This document shows, one piece after another, positions 39,015-49,700 of a stretch of 64,000 bases of DNA (position 1 is its first letter; the number at the start of each line of letters is the position of its first letter). The notes below the pieces were generated by a model, which had not been told where the DNA came from, ran no database searches, and saw only the letters and a list, made by a program, of their open reading frames with translations. A program made the position numbers and the translations under genes. The stretch lies in the sequence record NZ_LC532224.1; one strand, written 5' to 3'. This stretch comes from a plasmid.

Positions 39015-39193
39015 TTCAACCTCATTACTTCGTTTTAATAATTATACATTTTTATAAAAGCGCTTTTCTTGTGTACTGCTGGTTCTACTGGAAATCACTT
39101 TTTTTCCTTTTTTATGCAATCAGGTTGTTTGTGAAACGCGTGACTATGGAATAATGGTTCCATCTCCAAAAGACATTACAAAAAGGGCTTTAA

Positions 39194-40066
39194 ATGAAAC
39201 TTTTACGTTTAGTATCTCTGGTCTCTTCTGTCGTCATTGGTTTTTCCCTATCGGGTTGTGCCGGTGACACCGGCACTACGCCAGGCACCGCTCTGAATGC
39301 GTACAGTCACGGCCAGTACTGGCATGCTAATGCAAATGATTCTGTCGCCAAGAATGCCTATTCGTTTGCTGGTTTCGACGTTAATTTTAAGGAGCAAGAG
39401 GTTACTCCTGGAGGGGATGCCGACAACTTTCTTTCTAAGTATCTCATCAATAGTTCGATGGGCTACGTAACAGGCGGTCTAAAAGGTTTTGGGATCATGA
39501 GCCTCAGCTCTTTGTACAGTTCTTCTGACGCCGAATACATCCAGGTCAATCAATACCTAGTGTTCGTCCCCAATCCAAAAAAATTGCCTTACAATGATGA
39601 AAGTTTGGTACGTGAGGGAGCTAAGTATGTTTTTGAGCATACAAAAGCAACTCAGGCCTCATTTGGATACAACCCTGAAAAACAGAAAGCAGCTCTGGCC
39701 ACATGTAAAATTGATATGGCAGTCGTCAATAAATGGAGTACCTGTGATCTGCCCTCTAAGCCTGATGCTGATGTTTTCCCTACAGATTCAATGTACAGCT
39801 TTCAGGCGATTCGCCCCGCAACAGGAACCGAAATTCCTGAGCTAAACCTTCCCGCTGGTGATTACGCTGTAATTCGTTATGTGTTCATCCCATTTAAAGG
39901 AAACGAAACAAGCGCTGATTTTTCGGGTATCATTTTCCGTTCTGATAGCCCAAATACAACAACTCCAGGGGGTGTTGCAGCCTCCATCAACGGAAAAGAT
40001 TATTACCTCTTTACCGGTGAATACGGTAAAAAAGGCTTCCCAGAAAAAACATTGAAAGCCAAGTAA
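39194..40066 (+). CDS. lipoprotein of unknown function
   Basis: signal peptide with lipobox LSGC. Confidence 0.55.
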   Translation: MKLLRLVSLVSSVVIGFSLSGCAGDTGTTPGTALNAYSHGQYWHANANDSVAKNAYSFAGFDVNFKEQEVTPGGDADNFLSKYLINSSMGYVTGGLKGFGIMSLSSLYSSSDAEYIQVNQYLVFVPNPKKLPYNDESLVREGAKYVFEHTKATQASFGYNPEKQKAALATCKIDMAVVNKWSTCDLPSKPDADVFPTDSMYSFQAIRPATGTEIPELNLPAGDYAVIRYVFIPFKGNETSADFSGIIFRSDSPNTTTPGGVAASINGKDYYLFTGEYGKKGFPEKTLKAK

Positions 40067-40094
40067 TTAAAAAAGGGGCCTAACGGCCCCTTCT

Positions 40095-43000
40095 TCAATA
40101 TTTCGGCAACTGCTTGCCCGTAACCGGATCCAGCGTAGTTGAACCTACCTCACATATGGCCGGTCGAGGTAAATAGCTACAATCTACATTTTCCTCTTTT
40201 ATAGCCTGAGCATTTTCTTGTCTGGCCTTTATCATATTTTCTTCACCGCCCATTGCTTCCTTGGTACGTTCTGATGGAAGTTGATAGTTCTCATTCTGGA
40301 ATGGTAAGTTTTCCACAATTGATTCTTCGGAGAATTTTGAATATTGATCAGGAACTTCTCCTACCTGAACTGCATCATTAATCCACTCCGTCAGATCAAT
40401 TTTATCGAAATCCAGTTGCTGTATTTGCTTTATTGATAGCCCCACGCAATTAGAGGCGACAGGGTCTATTCCTAATTGCGGATAAGCTTGTTGCATAATA
40501 ACGCGTGACAACATGGAATTATAACAGCACATGTCTGTTGCTTTTTTAACGCATTTCTTTGTGAAACCAACATTCAGATATTTGACGCATCGTTCCGTAT
40601 CTAATGTAAAACAGGATTTTTGATTCTTATGAATAGAAGCTTCCATCTCTTTCTGGTCGCATGCTACCAACATTTCTAAAAGCATTTTAGTGACCTGATA
40701 GGCTGTATAAATCCAACCGATCACGTTTAATGCAAGCATAAAGTTTTGAACCGCAGCCGAGAAGACAACCTCTCCTCCGGTAGTAGCAACGTTCTTAAAG
40801 ACAAAGTCACGAACTGTATCTGGTAGCAATTCGTAGGCTTTCTTCATTGCCATCTGCTTAAGCTGACCTATACCGAAGCTGGACATTGTTTCCTGTGCCA
40901 ACTGGCCAGCACCTCCTGCCCCTCCAGAAGTTGCGGAAGACCCAACTGCCCTGCTTAGATTACCAGCGACGTTTTCATATACGCTCGTTAAGGAGCTCGT
41001 GACGTTGTTCCACATTTGCCCTACTGTTTTACCAGCTGATGCAGTCCACTCTCCGACCGCATTAGACATAGAAGCCCATGTACCTGTATCACCGCCGGTC
41101 CATTTTATTAGCTGAGCATTAACTCTGGTCCAGTTTGTGTTTCTGATCATAGATCCGGCAAGCATGATACCTTCAAGTGCTCCTGCGGTTCCCTGTGGTG
41201 CTTCGCAGCAGTCCGTCTTTGCCAGGCCATTTACAAAGCCTACTGAACGACCACACCATTCAGGTTTTCCTTCAAAGACGGAACATGAATTGGCATCGTT
41301 AGGGTCTTCGCATTTGGCTTCGCCCTGCATGTACTGAACCATGTTTGAATAAGCCGCAACTTTTCCAAAATCGTTGTTCTCTTCCTTTGGCCCAGTTTCG
41401 CATGTTCCACCTGAACATGGGATCATGCCAACACAGGCATTTGTAGAAGATTCAACCTCCCGAACTACATCCTTCCCTCTGTCACAGGTGTATTTCTGTT
41501 CATACATGTAGCAACTGTTAGTGCCCTCATCGAACCAACCCTCTGCACATGTTTGTTTATCGAGTACACATGCTGCATCATTTTTATAAGCACTACATGC
41601 ATCAGGCATACTCTTTATTTCTTCATAGTTGTAACAGAGGTCCTTTCCATTAGCGTCTTTCATAATTTTTCCACTAGCGTCATAAGAGCAAATTTTGTCT
41701 TTGGCCAATGGATCACAAAAGTAGCCTTCAAGGTTTGTCTTCCAGGTAAGAAATCCTTTATCACCTTCATACAGAGGCTTTGCCAATGAAAGCACGCTTT
41801 CCGGAAGCCGTTTTGTGCCAACATCCATATCTTTAAACCGATCGAAACGGCAGAATGTATTCGGAGCTTGTACAGCATCGTAACAACCAGCTGGTTCCTG
41901 GACGTGCTTATCTTCGAGCTTCATATTTTCAAAAGTCAGCTCAACCTCAAAATACCCTTCACCCTTCCCACCAACCCATACTCTGGATGCCATTGTCACT
42001 TCTCGATCAGGCTCCTCATACACCGATTTTCTGACCTTATCAGTCACATCGTAAACCTTGTCGAGTTTCCACGATTTTTTTAACTCCCAAGATCCCTTAG
42101 GAGCCGGATAGTCACTTTCTCGATATGCACCATCTATGTGAGCAAAAATCTGCGTGCCATCAAGTGTTACCCGCATGTGGTCATCCCACTCCGCGTTAAC
42201 AATCTTTGCTGAGGCCAATTTTGCATCCGGATGGAATTTTAATGTCAGTTCGTTATCATATACCCCGTCACTCCAGTAGTTGTCATCACGGCGACCAAAC
42301 CATATACGCACACAATTATCGCCGCACATCGACATGTCTCCGTTTCCGCCTGAAATGTAAACAGGGACTGAAAAATCACGGGTTATCGTGCAGCTGCTGA
42401 AGTTATCTTGCTTAGGCGAGTTACAGTAGAACTCTTTGTAATCAGGATAGTGTGTGGTTACTGTTTTTTTAGAGGTCTCAACATTACAGTTCTGAAGCCA
42501 GTTTCCAGTACCAGCAACAGCATTTGTTATCTCATTTCTCCCCGCAGTAAACATGGGATCGTTAGGCTTTATAGATGATGCCGGGTTGTCCTTGTTAGCA
42601 TTTACGAGGGTGCGGTAGGCAACGCCATCATAACTTTGAGCATCAAATAACTGGCTTTTCCGATTCTTTATATCGTTTACAAAGCCATCCTCATCCCCAT
42701 AACGATCTGCGGCATTGAACTTAATATCGCTGTGCTTTTGCTCTGAGCTGAAAATCTCTCCGGTATTTGTTTTGGTTCCAGGAGTAGTATTGGGATTACT
42801 GCTTATACCAATGTTGCCATTAGCATCCCGAGAGAGCAGCTTTGCCCCTTCCTTGGTATAGTTTGAATTGATTGTCCCTCCAGACATACTCGGCAGTTGT
42901 ACGGCGCTACCAATGGACTTTCCATCGGATGCGGCATTTTTCATGACACTTTCATTTGAGTTCCCTGCCCCATACTTTCCAAGATTAAGATTAGCGGATT

Positions 43001-43283
43001 CGGCTTTACCCACGTATTTCTCGGTGATCTTCCCACTGACATTCTCGCCTGAATCCGCATTCTTGTACTTCTCAACAATGTCCTGAGCACTGGTTGTCGC
43101 ATTGCGATTTGCGTTAGGATTAGCAAGATTAAAGTTACTTTCGAGCTGGTCAAATATAGCGTCTGCCGCATAAATACGAGGAGTCATTACCATATTTATG
43201 AGAGAGATATAAAAAGCCCAACTCATAGTATTGGCAATCATTGATGCAATAATAGTTGAAGCTATCGTTTTTCTAAGTTTCAT
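40095..43283 (-). CDS. trhN: TraN-like mating-pair stabilisation protein (IncHI TrhN type)
   Basis: 1062 aa; signal peptide; very Cys-rich C-terminal half; followed by TraU/TraW/TraF homologs. Confidence 0.65.
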   Translation of the reverse strand: MKLRKTIASTIIASMIANTMSWAFYISLINMVMTPRIYAADAIFDQLESNFNLANPNANRNATTSAQDIVEKYKNADSGENVSGKITEKYVGKAESANLNLGKYGAGNSNESVMKNAASDGKSIGSAVQLPSMSGGTINSNYTKEGAKLLSRDANGNIGISSNPNTTPGTKTNTGEIFSSEQKHSDIKFNAADRYGDEDGFVNDIKNRKSQLFDAQSYDGVAYRTLVNANKDNPASSIKPNDPMFTAGRNEITNAVAGTGNWLQNCNVETSKKTVTTHYPDYKEFYCNSPKQDNFSSCTITRDFSVPVYISGGNGDMSMCGDNCVRIWFGRRDDNYWSDGVYDNELTLKFHPDAKLASAKIVNAEWDDHMRVTLDGTQIFAHIDGAYRESDYPAPKGSWELKKSWKLDKVYDVTDKVRKSVYEEPDREVTMASRVWVGGKGEGYFEVELTFENMKLEDKHVQEPAGCYDAVQAPNTFCRFDRFKDMDVGTKRLPESVLSLAKPLYEGDKGFLTWKTNLEGYFCDPLAKDKICSYDASGKIMKDANGKDLCYNYEEIKSMPDACSAYKNDAACVLDKQTCAEGWFDEGTNSCYMYEQKYTCDRGKDVVREVESSTNACVGMIPCSGGTCETGPKEENNDFGKVAAYSNMVQYMQGEAKCEDPNDANSCSVFEGKPEWCGRSVGFVNGLAKTDCCEAPQGTAGALEGIMLAGSMIRNTNWTRVNAQLIKWTGGDTGTWASMSNAVGEWTASAGKTVGQMWNNVTSSLTSVYENVAGNLSRAVGSSATSGGAGGAGQLAQETMSSFGIGQLKQMAMKKAYELLPDTVRDFVFKNVATTGGEVVFSAAVQNFMLALNVIGWIYTAYQVTKMLLEMLVACDQKEMEASIHKNQKSCFTLDTERCVKYLNVGFTKKCVKKATDMCCYNSMLSRVIMQQAYPQLGIDPVASNCVGLSIKQIQQLDFDKIDLTEWINDAVQVGEVPDQYSKFSEESIVENLPFQNENYQLPSERTKEAMGGEENMIKARQENAQAIKEENVDCSYLPRPAICEVGSTTLDPVTGKQLPKY

Positions 43284-43301
43284 TATTTTTACCCTTAGAA
43301 A

Positions 43302-44363
43302 TCAAGCGCCTGGTATATATCTGACGCAACAGTCATTGTAACGCCACAACATATAGACATAATTATCATTGCCTATTTTTTTGCGCCCACCTTTAAGGGT
43401 TGACCAGTCATGTACCGAATCACCAAGACGATGACAGCAATCCGGCCCTTTCGCCTCAGGAGTTGGGAAAAGCATTGAAAGCCGATACTGGGAACGAGGT
43501 GTAAAGTATTCCCACGTTTTCTCACACATTGCGTCTGCTCCCATCGTTCGCATCAGCATTCCCTGGCGATGTAGTTTAGTCAGAAGACGCTGGGTTATCA
43601 GTGAACTCGTCCTTACAGCGTCATCATTTGCGTAAATGTGGCCGGTTAATGGATAAAGGTTGCCATCGCATCCGGCACAAAAGTATGCAGCGAGATTATC
43701 CTTTCCTGCTGTTACTGCTACACAGTCAGCAGCGCACACCATTGAGGCAATTGGGTTTGCAAAAACTACTGCCTCTGGATTCAGGACGAGTGTAAGCAGA
43801 TCACTTTCCCACATAGGGTCCACTTCGCTTATATAGGTCAGGCTGGCATCTATATAGGGTTCAGCAGTGCACTCGCCAATAATCAGTAATTTGAGCATTG
43901 TCATGATTGGGAACTCCCAAAGATGAACATCGTAAAATCCGGCTTCAGTTGCTGTCATTGGCTGATTTGTGTTGCTTTTACCAATATCAAACTGCGATTT
44001 TTGAAGCATCGTGCCTTCAAGAAAGGGGCTGCACCAGGGGCTCTTTACAACTTCAACAATCTTCACCGGCTGAAAGAAGCTCAATTGCCAACCTATTTCC
44101 GGTACGCCGTTCTGATCTGTGCAGTAGCAACCCGGACGTGAAGGAGCAGCGCCTTCTGGAGCTGCCCCTATGCCCATTATCCTCATGGGAAAAATGCAGC
44201 TCCAACAGATATTCTTAATCAAGCCCTGCCACACTCCAGCTGACTGACACATAGCCCCAGGGACTCCAGCATCTGCTGCCATAGCCATACCCGGTATAGA
44301 AAGCGAAAGCATAACTGCTACAATGAACTCTAAAAGTAACTTTTTGAATTTTTTCACCATCAT
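43302..44363 (-). CDS. trhU: TraU-like conjugal pilus assembly protein
   Basis: NICWSCIFP TraU signature; start at MMVKKF (signal peptide). Confidence 0.7.
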   Translation of the reverse strand: MMVKKFKKLLLEFIVAVMLSLSIPGMAMAADAGVPGAMCQSAGVWQGLIKNICWSCIFPMRIMGIGAAPEGAAPSRPGCYCTDQNGVPEIGWQLSFFQPVKIVEVVKSPWCSPFLEGTMLQKSQFDIGKSNTNQPMTATEAGFYDVHLWEFPIMTMLKLLIIGECTAEPYIDASLTYISEVDPMWESDLLTLVLNPEAVVFANPIASMVCAADCVAVTAGKDNLAAYFCAGCDGNLYPLTGHIYANDDAVRTSSLITQRLLTKLHRQGMLMRTMGADAMCEKTWEYFTPRSQYRLSMLFPTPEAKGPDCCHRLGDSVHDWSTLKGGRKKIGNDNYVYMLWRYNDCCVRYIPGA

Positions 44364-44501
44364 GCTCACTTGGATGTAATAAATGTTGCAACACTTTCGA
44401 TATAGTCGACGGCTTTGGTAAAATAACTTCTCATCTGGTCCGGATAATTTAGCGTCAGCCATGTTGCAAAGAGAGCGCCTATAATAAATCCGAGTTTCAT
44501 C

Positions 44502-46025
44502 TTATTTTTCCTCTGAAAGATTTGGGGCTCCGATACCACGGACTTCTGCCTCGCTAAACAGGGTGATCCGGAATTTATCTTGGTCAGTAGTTATAAGCGC
44601 AGGTGTGTTTTTAATCTGAAAGCGTGAGATGATCTGTTCGTTAACTTTAAACACCTTACCGTTAAATTTTTCACGTAAATCATTTAGGTGATCCCATCCA
44701 TTATCTTTTTGGATACGGGTAAACATTGGCATTACTTTTCCACTACCCAGACGTTGTCGATACTGCTGCTCAGCCCATACCAGCTGGCCCGGATTGAGTG
44801 GATCGAAAATTATCATCGTCAGGTTTTGAGGAAATCTCGAAAGTGGATTAATCAACTCACCGGCGGAAGCTATTACACGGCCCTGCTTATCTTTTACGTC
44901 CTGAGTGACCCTCACTGTAGGGTCAATTAAAAATTCTTTGTGTTCCTGGGCAGGAGGGAGGTCGACCATCCATTGATTTTTCCATGTGTCAGAAACGGCC
45001 CTTTTTTTTGCACCTTCCCAGTCATATTTTTGTGCACGTTCTTCCAGTTCTTTAATGATGCTCTTTTCTTCAACGGGATAAGTGGTACCAGCAACCGGGA
45101 AAATATCCTGATCGGGTTTTTTAGCAAGTTCTCGCTGAAAAAACTCAACGTTGAAGGAGCCTACCATTTTTGCAAAACGAGCTTGCTCCCTAGAAATAAT
45201 TGTCGGTACTTGAGTTACTTGATACTGACTGAAGCTATCAGGATCAATTGTAATCAAAGGAGATTCAAATTTTCCTTTGACAATCATTTGGTTTATTGCT
45301 GCCTGTGTCTCTGGTAGCCGAGTAGTTCCTTTCTTTAGACCATTGAAAACTACACGAGCTTTATGCTCTGAGGCCGTACGTAGAAGGTCTTCCAGTACAT
45401 AATCCGGCAAGCTAAATGAAGCAAAGATCGTTATTCCATTTTCAGTTGATAGTGCTTCTTCACGTGTGCTATCCATTTTTCTTTCGAAGTCAGCAGCTGT
45501 GATGCCCGAGGAACCAAACAATTTTTCGATATTTTTAGATTGTCCTCGCATGACTTCCGGCTTATTTTCCACAGCTTTCAGAGCCGCTTCATTAAGGCTG
45601 GCGTTTTCTTGAATTTCATCACGTCTTCTAATTATATCGTTGACAGCTTCAGAGTTATTACTTTGGGCCCTGATAGCCTGGGTATGGTCTATAACTGCTT
45701 GAACACTATCCGCATTCATACCGGGGACGTAACCACGGTTTATTTGCTTGCTCAGGTCCTGGTTTTTTTGGAGTGCTTCAGCTTGCGCTATGTACTTCTG
45801 CACATCTGGTGATTTTAGCGTAGCATCAAGGCTAAGAGCCCCATCTGGCTGCTGTGCACCTTTAGCCTGTGCCCCAAGCCCTTTTGCTTGCTGAGCGATT
45901 AGGTCAGCATCATGTTGATACTCAGTGCTTGCATTTGTATTACTTAAAACTGCACATAACGCAAGTCCAGGAAGTATTGGTAAATATTTTTTATTTACAT
46001 TAAAAGATCGCATATGTTTTCCCAA
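44502..46025 (-). CDS. trhW: TrbC-TraW fusion-type pilus assembly protein
   Basis: central TrbC-like segment and C-terminal TraW-like segment (IDPTVRVTQDVKDKQGRV ... NPLSRFPQNL). Confidence 0.65.
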   Translation of the reverse strand: MGKHMRSFNVNKKYLPILPGLALCAVLSNTNASTEYQHDADLIAQQAKGLGAQAKGAQQPDGALSLDATLKSPDVQKYIAQAEALQKNQDLSKQINRGYVPGMNADSVQAVIDHTQAIRAQSNNSEAVNDIIRRRDEIQENASLNEAALKAVENKPEVMRGQSKNIEKLFGSSGITAADFERKMDSTREEALSTENGITIFASFSLPDYVLEDLLRTASEHKARVVFNGLKKGTTRLPETQAAINQMIVKGKFESPLITIDPDSFSQYQVTQVPTIISREQARFAKMVGSFNVEFFQRELAKKPDQDIFPVAGTTYPVEEKSIIKELEERAQKYDWEGAKKRAVSDTWKNQWMVDLPPAQEHKEFLIDPTVRVTQDVKDKQGRVIASAGELINPLSRFPQNLTMIIFDPLNPGQLVWAEQQYRQRLGSGKVMPMFTRIQKDNGWDHLNDLREKFNGKVFKVNEQIISRFQIKNTPALITTDQDKFRITLFSEAEVRGIGAPNLSEEK

Positions 46026-46512
46026 TTACTGAATTCAGCTTTACTGTTCCCCAAAAACGGGAATCCCATGAGTGATCGGTTTGCCCAATTAGGAAAACTT
46101 CGCCTTCAGGAATTATCAATTCTTTTTCAATCAAAATGGACGGAATATTGTATTTCTTCGAAATACGACGTGCATTAGCTTCAAAAAATTTGTCCCCGTT
46201 ATAAACCCCATCCATTGTTACTTTAAGTTTGTCACCGCCCACACCGGCAACAATTTTTATGACTCGTTCATTTTCTGGGATAAAACGTACCGATTTCGGC
46301 ATGTTAAATGCTATGAGTTCACCAGTTTTAATACTTTTATCCGAATGATCAATCATATAAAAATCAGCAGGCAGGCACCCATTCAATAAACCGTATCCAA
46401 ATGTATAACGGGTGAAAAAGACACACATAACGAGAATCAGCAATAAAATATTAAGGGGGACATACCAATCCAGTATAAGCAGCCCTCTCTTTTTAGGTAT
46501 GTAGTCGCTCAT
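46000..46512 (-). CDS. trhP: S26 signal-peptidase-like TraF/TrhP (pilin maturation)
   Basis: N-terminal TM; C-terminal GQTDHSWDSRFWG box like LepB GDNxxxSxDSRYWG. Confidence 0.65.
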   Translation of the reverse strand: MSDYIPKKRGLLILDWYVPLNILLLILVMCVFFTRYTFGYGLLNGCLPADFYMIDHSDKSIKTGELIAFNMPKSVRFIPENERVIKIVAGVGGDKLKVTMDGVYNGDKFFEANARRISKKYNIPSILIEKELIIPEGEVFLIGQTDHSWDSRFWGTVKLNSVIGKTYAIF

Positions 46513-46789
46513 ATTTTTCTCACTGGCACTGAAGAATATTTTTACTAGGCAGATGCACCTCTATCCAAGTAACTATTATCCATGTTTTTCAACGCTCGGA
46601 AGTCTGCAAACTAACCTAATATTCACCTATAAGAATGTTAATTCCTCAGCATGTATACGCAGCTTTGTTAGCGGCCATGAAAGATGCCTTTGGAGCAAAG
46701 TTACTTTCCGACATTAATTTTTCAAAGGTCCAATTATTGGGTATAAAAAAGCCGGGACATAATGTCCCGGCTTTATATTTAAAAATTAA

Positions 46790-49700
46790 CTACTCACTGC
46801 TTGGTATTGATACAGTGTTTTCAGACTTACTTGCCTCTTCAGCCGGTCCGAAAACTGTCACGTGCTGTGTTGCAAAGTCTCCACTATCATCATAAGCAAT
46901 TACTTTTATGTCCTGCTTACCACGGTTAAGGTTTTTAGAAAGTGTTGCCGTACTACCGAAAACGTTCCTTAATTCGCCGTTGATGAACCATTCATATCTA
47001 ACCATTTTTCCATCAGTATCATCACATTTATTGGTAAAGCTCCAGCTTAGGTTGGTTTCCGTGTAGCTCAATGTACAATTAGGCACTGCGTTTTTAACGA
47101 CATCAAACTCAACAGATGCTGAACCTCTCTGTCCAAGTTTACTAACAACATCAATTGTAATCTCGTATTTCTTTTCTTTTAAACCCGAGATCAGTTGAGC
47201 CCAATAATTTTTGCCGCTGGGTATTACTTCACCGTTCACCTTGTATGTGACCGTATCTATCGAGTCCGCCGAATGAGATAGCTTGATGTTTGACCTTAAG
47301 GTTACATCGAGTGGAGCTCTCATATATTTGTTAGAGAACTTGGGTGTCATCTCAACGTTCATTGGCGTTTGTTCATCGACAACAAAGGTATTTTCGATAC
47401 GCTGTTCATTGTTTCGGTTATCTTTGAAAACAACCATCAATGTATATTTGCCAGGATTTTCAATTGTAAATTCTTTGGTGTCACCTTCATCTTTAGTGAT
47501 TACCAGATTCTCTTTGTCGTAGATCCATTCACGGGAATAAGTAACACCAGGATAGTCTCCATCCTTAATACCGCTCAACGCAACGCGTAGGGTGGTCGGT
47601 GCCATGTCGTATTTAAGTTTGGAGCTTATTTTCATCTCGGGAAATTTATAAACCCACGATTTGACAGAAACTCTACGGGTAGAAACCGTATTCTCCTTAT
47701 TGTCCGCTAACCATGCACTGTATTCAAAAGCAGCATATCCCTGTTTATCCAACATTTGCTCAGTAAGGGTAACAGACAGTGAAGAGCCCTTAAATGTCTG
47801 GCCATCCGGTGTTTTCCATTCTTCAACTACGTTATTACCATTCTGGTACTTACTGTTAGGGTTCGTGAACTTACCTTCCAAAGTAACTTTTTGACCAACC
47901 TCTACCTTTGAAACCCCCGTTACCGAGACAGAAAGGCGCTTGGGTTTTGCGGCTGCCAACCGAGCAGACGTTTCCTTCCATGAAGACTCCTCTGCCAGTT
48001 CATCGGAATCAAGGTAACGCATCCGGGCATAAATCGTAGACGGTAGGGTATCAGCTGAAGCCACAGTGTAAGTTGTATCTCCCTGCACCCAGTTGACTTT
48101 ATCCTCTGACCAGAGAACCTCAGCGGTGCCTGCTGGTATAGGTTCATCGTTATCAAGCAGGGTTACAGGTATATCTGAGCCCTGAAGAATGTCTGTAACA
48201 TCTATACTGAGCTTAGGCTGCTTGTAGGTAACTACCGTTAAGGCATCTGTGTAGGAAATCTTGGATGTGAATTTATTAGTCATTTTTGCCCTATAAAGCC
48301 ACTTTCCTACTTCTGTCTTTTTGATACTTACACTTCTCTTTCCGGTCATGTCGGAAAGCATGGTCCAGGTTTGACCATTATCAGAGGACTGCTGCCATTC
48401 GGTGGGGGCGAGTGCATCAGAGTTAGCCGTACTGGCAGATTTGAAGCTTACCAGAGTACTAAGTGGGATCCTTCCGATAATAAGGCTTTTCGACAGGTTA
48501 CCCTCCAGTTCCTCACCTTTATAGATTCGAATGCCTACAGCACTGGTCTCACGTTTCATTTCAAAATCAGAGAATGGCGATCTGACCTTAGCCACACCAA
48601 CCAGACGCATATTACCCAGATCCATATTTTCAATTTTAATCTTGGTTTCGACAATGCCCGCATCATTGACCGGCAATGCTTCAGTCAGCGCAGTTCTTTC
48701 GTATGTAGTTTTATAACGGCCTGTTTCTGGATCTTTGCCGTATACACTTTTTTGAGAGTATATCGTGACGTCCCATTCTCCCATTGTTTTACGGTCAAAT
48801 GCACTTTTACGTGTGGAGTTGTTATAACGCCCCACTGTTACCTTTAAGGGCACTTCAAGAGATGTGGCTGTTTTTTTGTCATCCACTTCCATCGATGCTC
48901 GAATATTGAAATCAGGCACCGTATATACGTTGAGGGTGTCTGTAGTTCTTAATTCTGGATCCTTTGAGTATTCTACAGCTATGTCAAAGACGTTCTTTGT
49001 CCACAATGGTGCAGCAGCAACCTTGACCCTTTGTACAAAGGTCGTTGCATCGTTGTTTGAGGAACGATTTTTAAATGACGTTTTGACAGCCTCAGAGCCG
49101 TTTTGAGAGACGATCATCGTAACGTCAGCTGGTACCACCTTCGCTAATATTCGAGCGGCCTCCCCCCCGGTCGTATAAGCCAGAGCAGTGTTCGGATTGA
49201 TGCCTGCTATGACTTTATTCTTTTTGTAAGAGATGATCGGGTTGTATGGTAATTGTGTGGTCAGAGTACGGCGATTCCTTGCGGAAACCGCTTTAGAGCC
49301 CTTCCCGTTAATCATATAGACTTGATAGTCGAGCAGATTCTCACCTGTTTTATTAAAGAATCCAGTTAGACCCGGGGTACGTCCTTTAAAATAGAACTCC
49401 AACCCATCAGGGACATTGTTCCACTGAGGGTAGCATGCTGTAACATCTGATTTTTCCCCATACCAGGCGAGGTAAGCATTCGCATTTTCCTCTGTGGTAA
49501 ACAGAGTGCATTTATCACCAGCTGTTTGACTAAGCAGGTCCGTATACTGACGTACGCGCGAGTAAAGAGTTACGTTTTTTTCCAGATTCTTAAGAGTGAA
49601 TCCAGTAGGTTGATAAGTGAACACGGTACTGAAATTTACGTTTTTTCCATAAAGGTTTTCAGCCACCACAGTAATCTCGTGATCCGAATTAACTGCTAAA

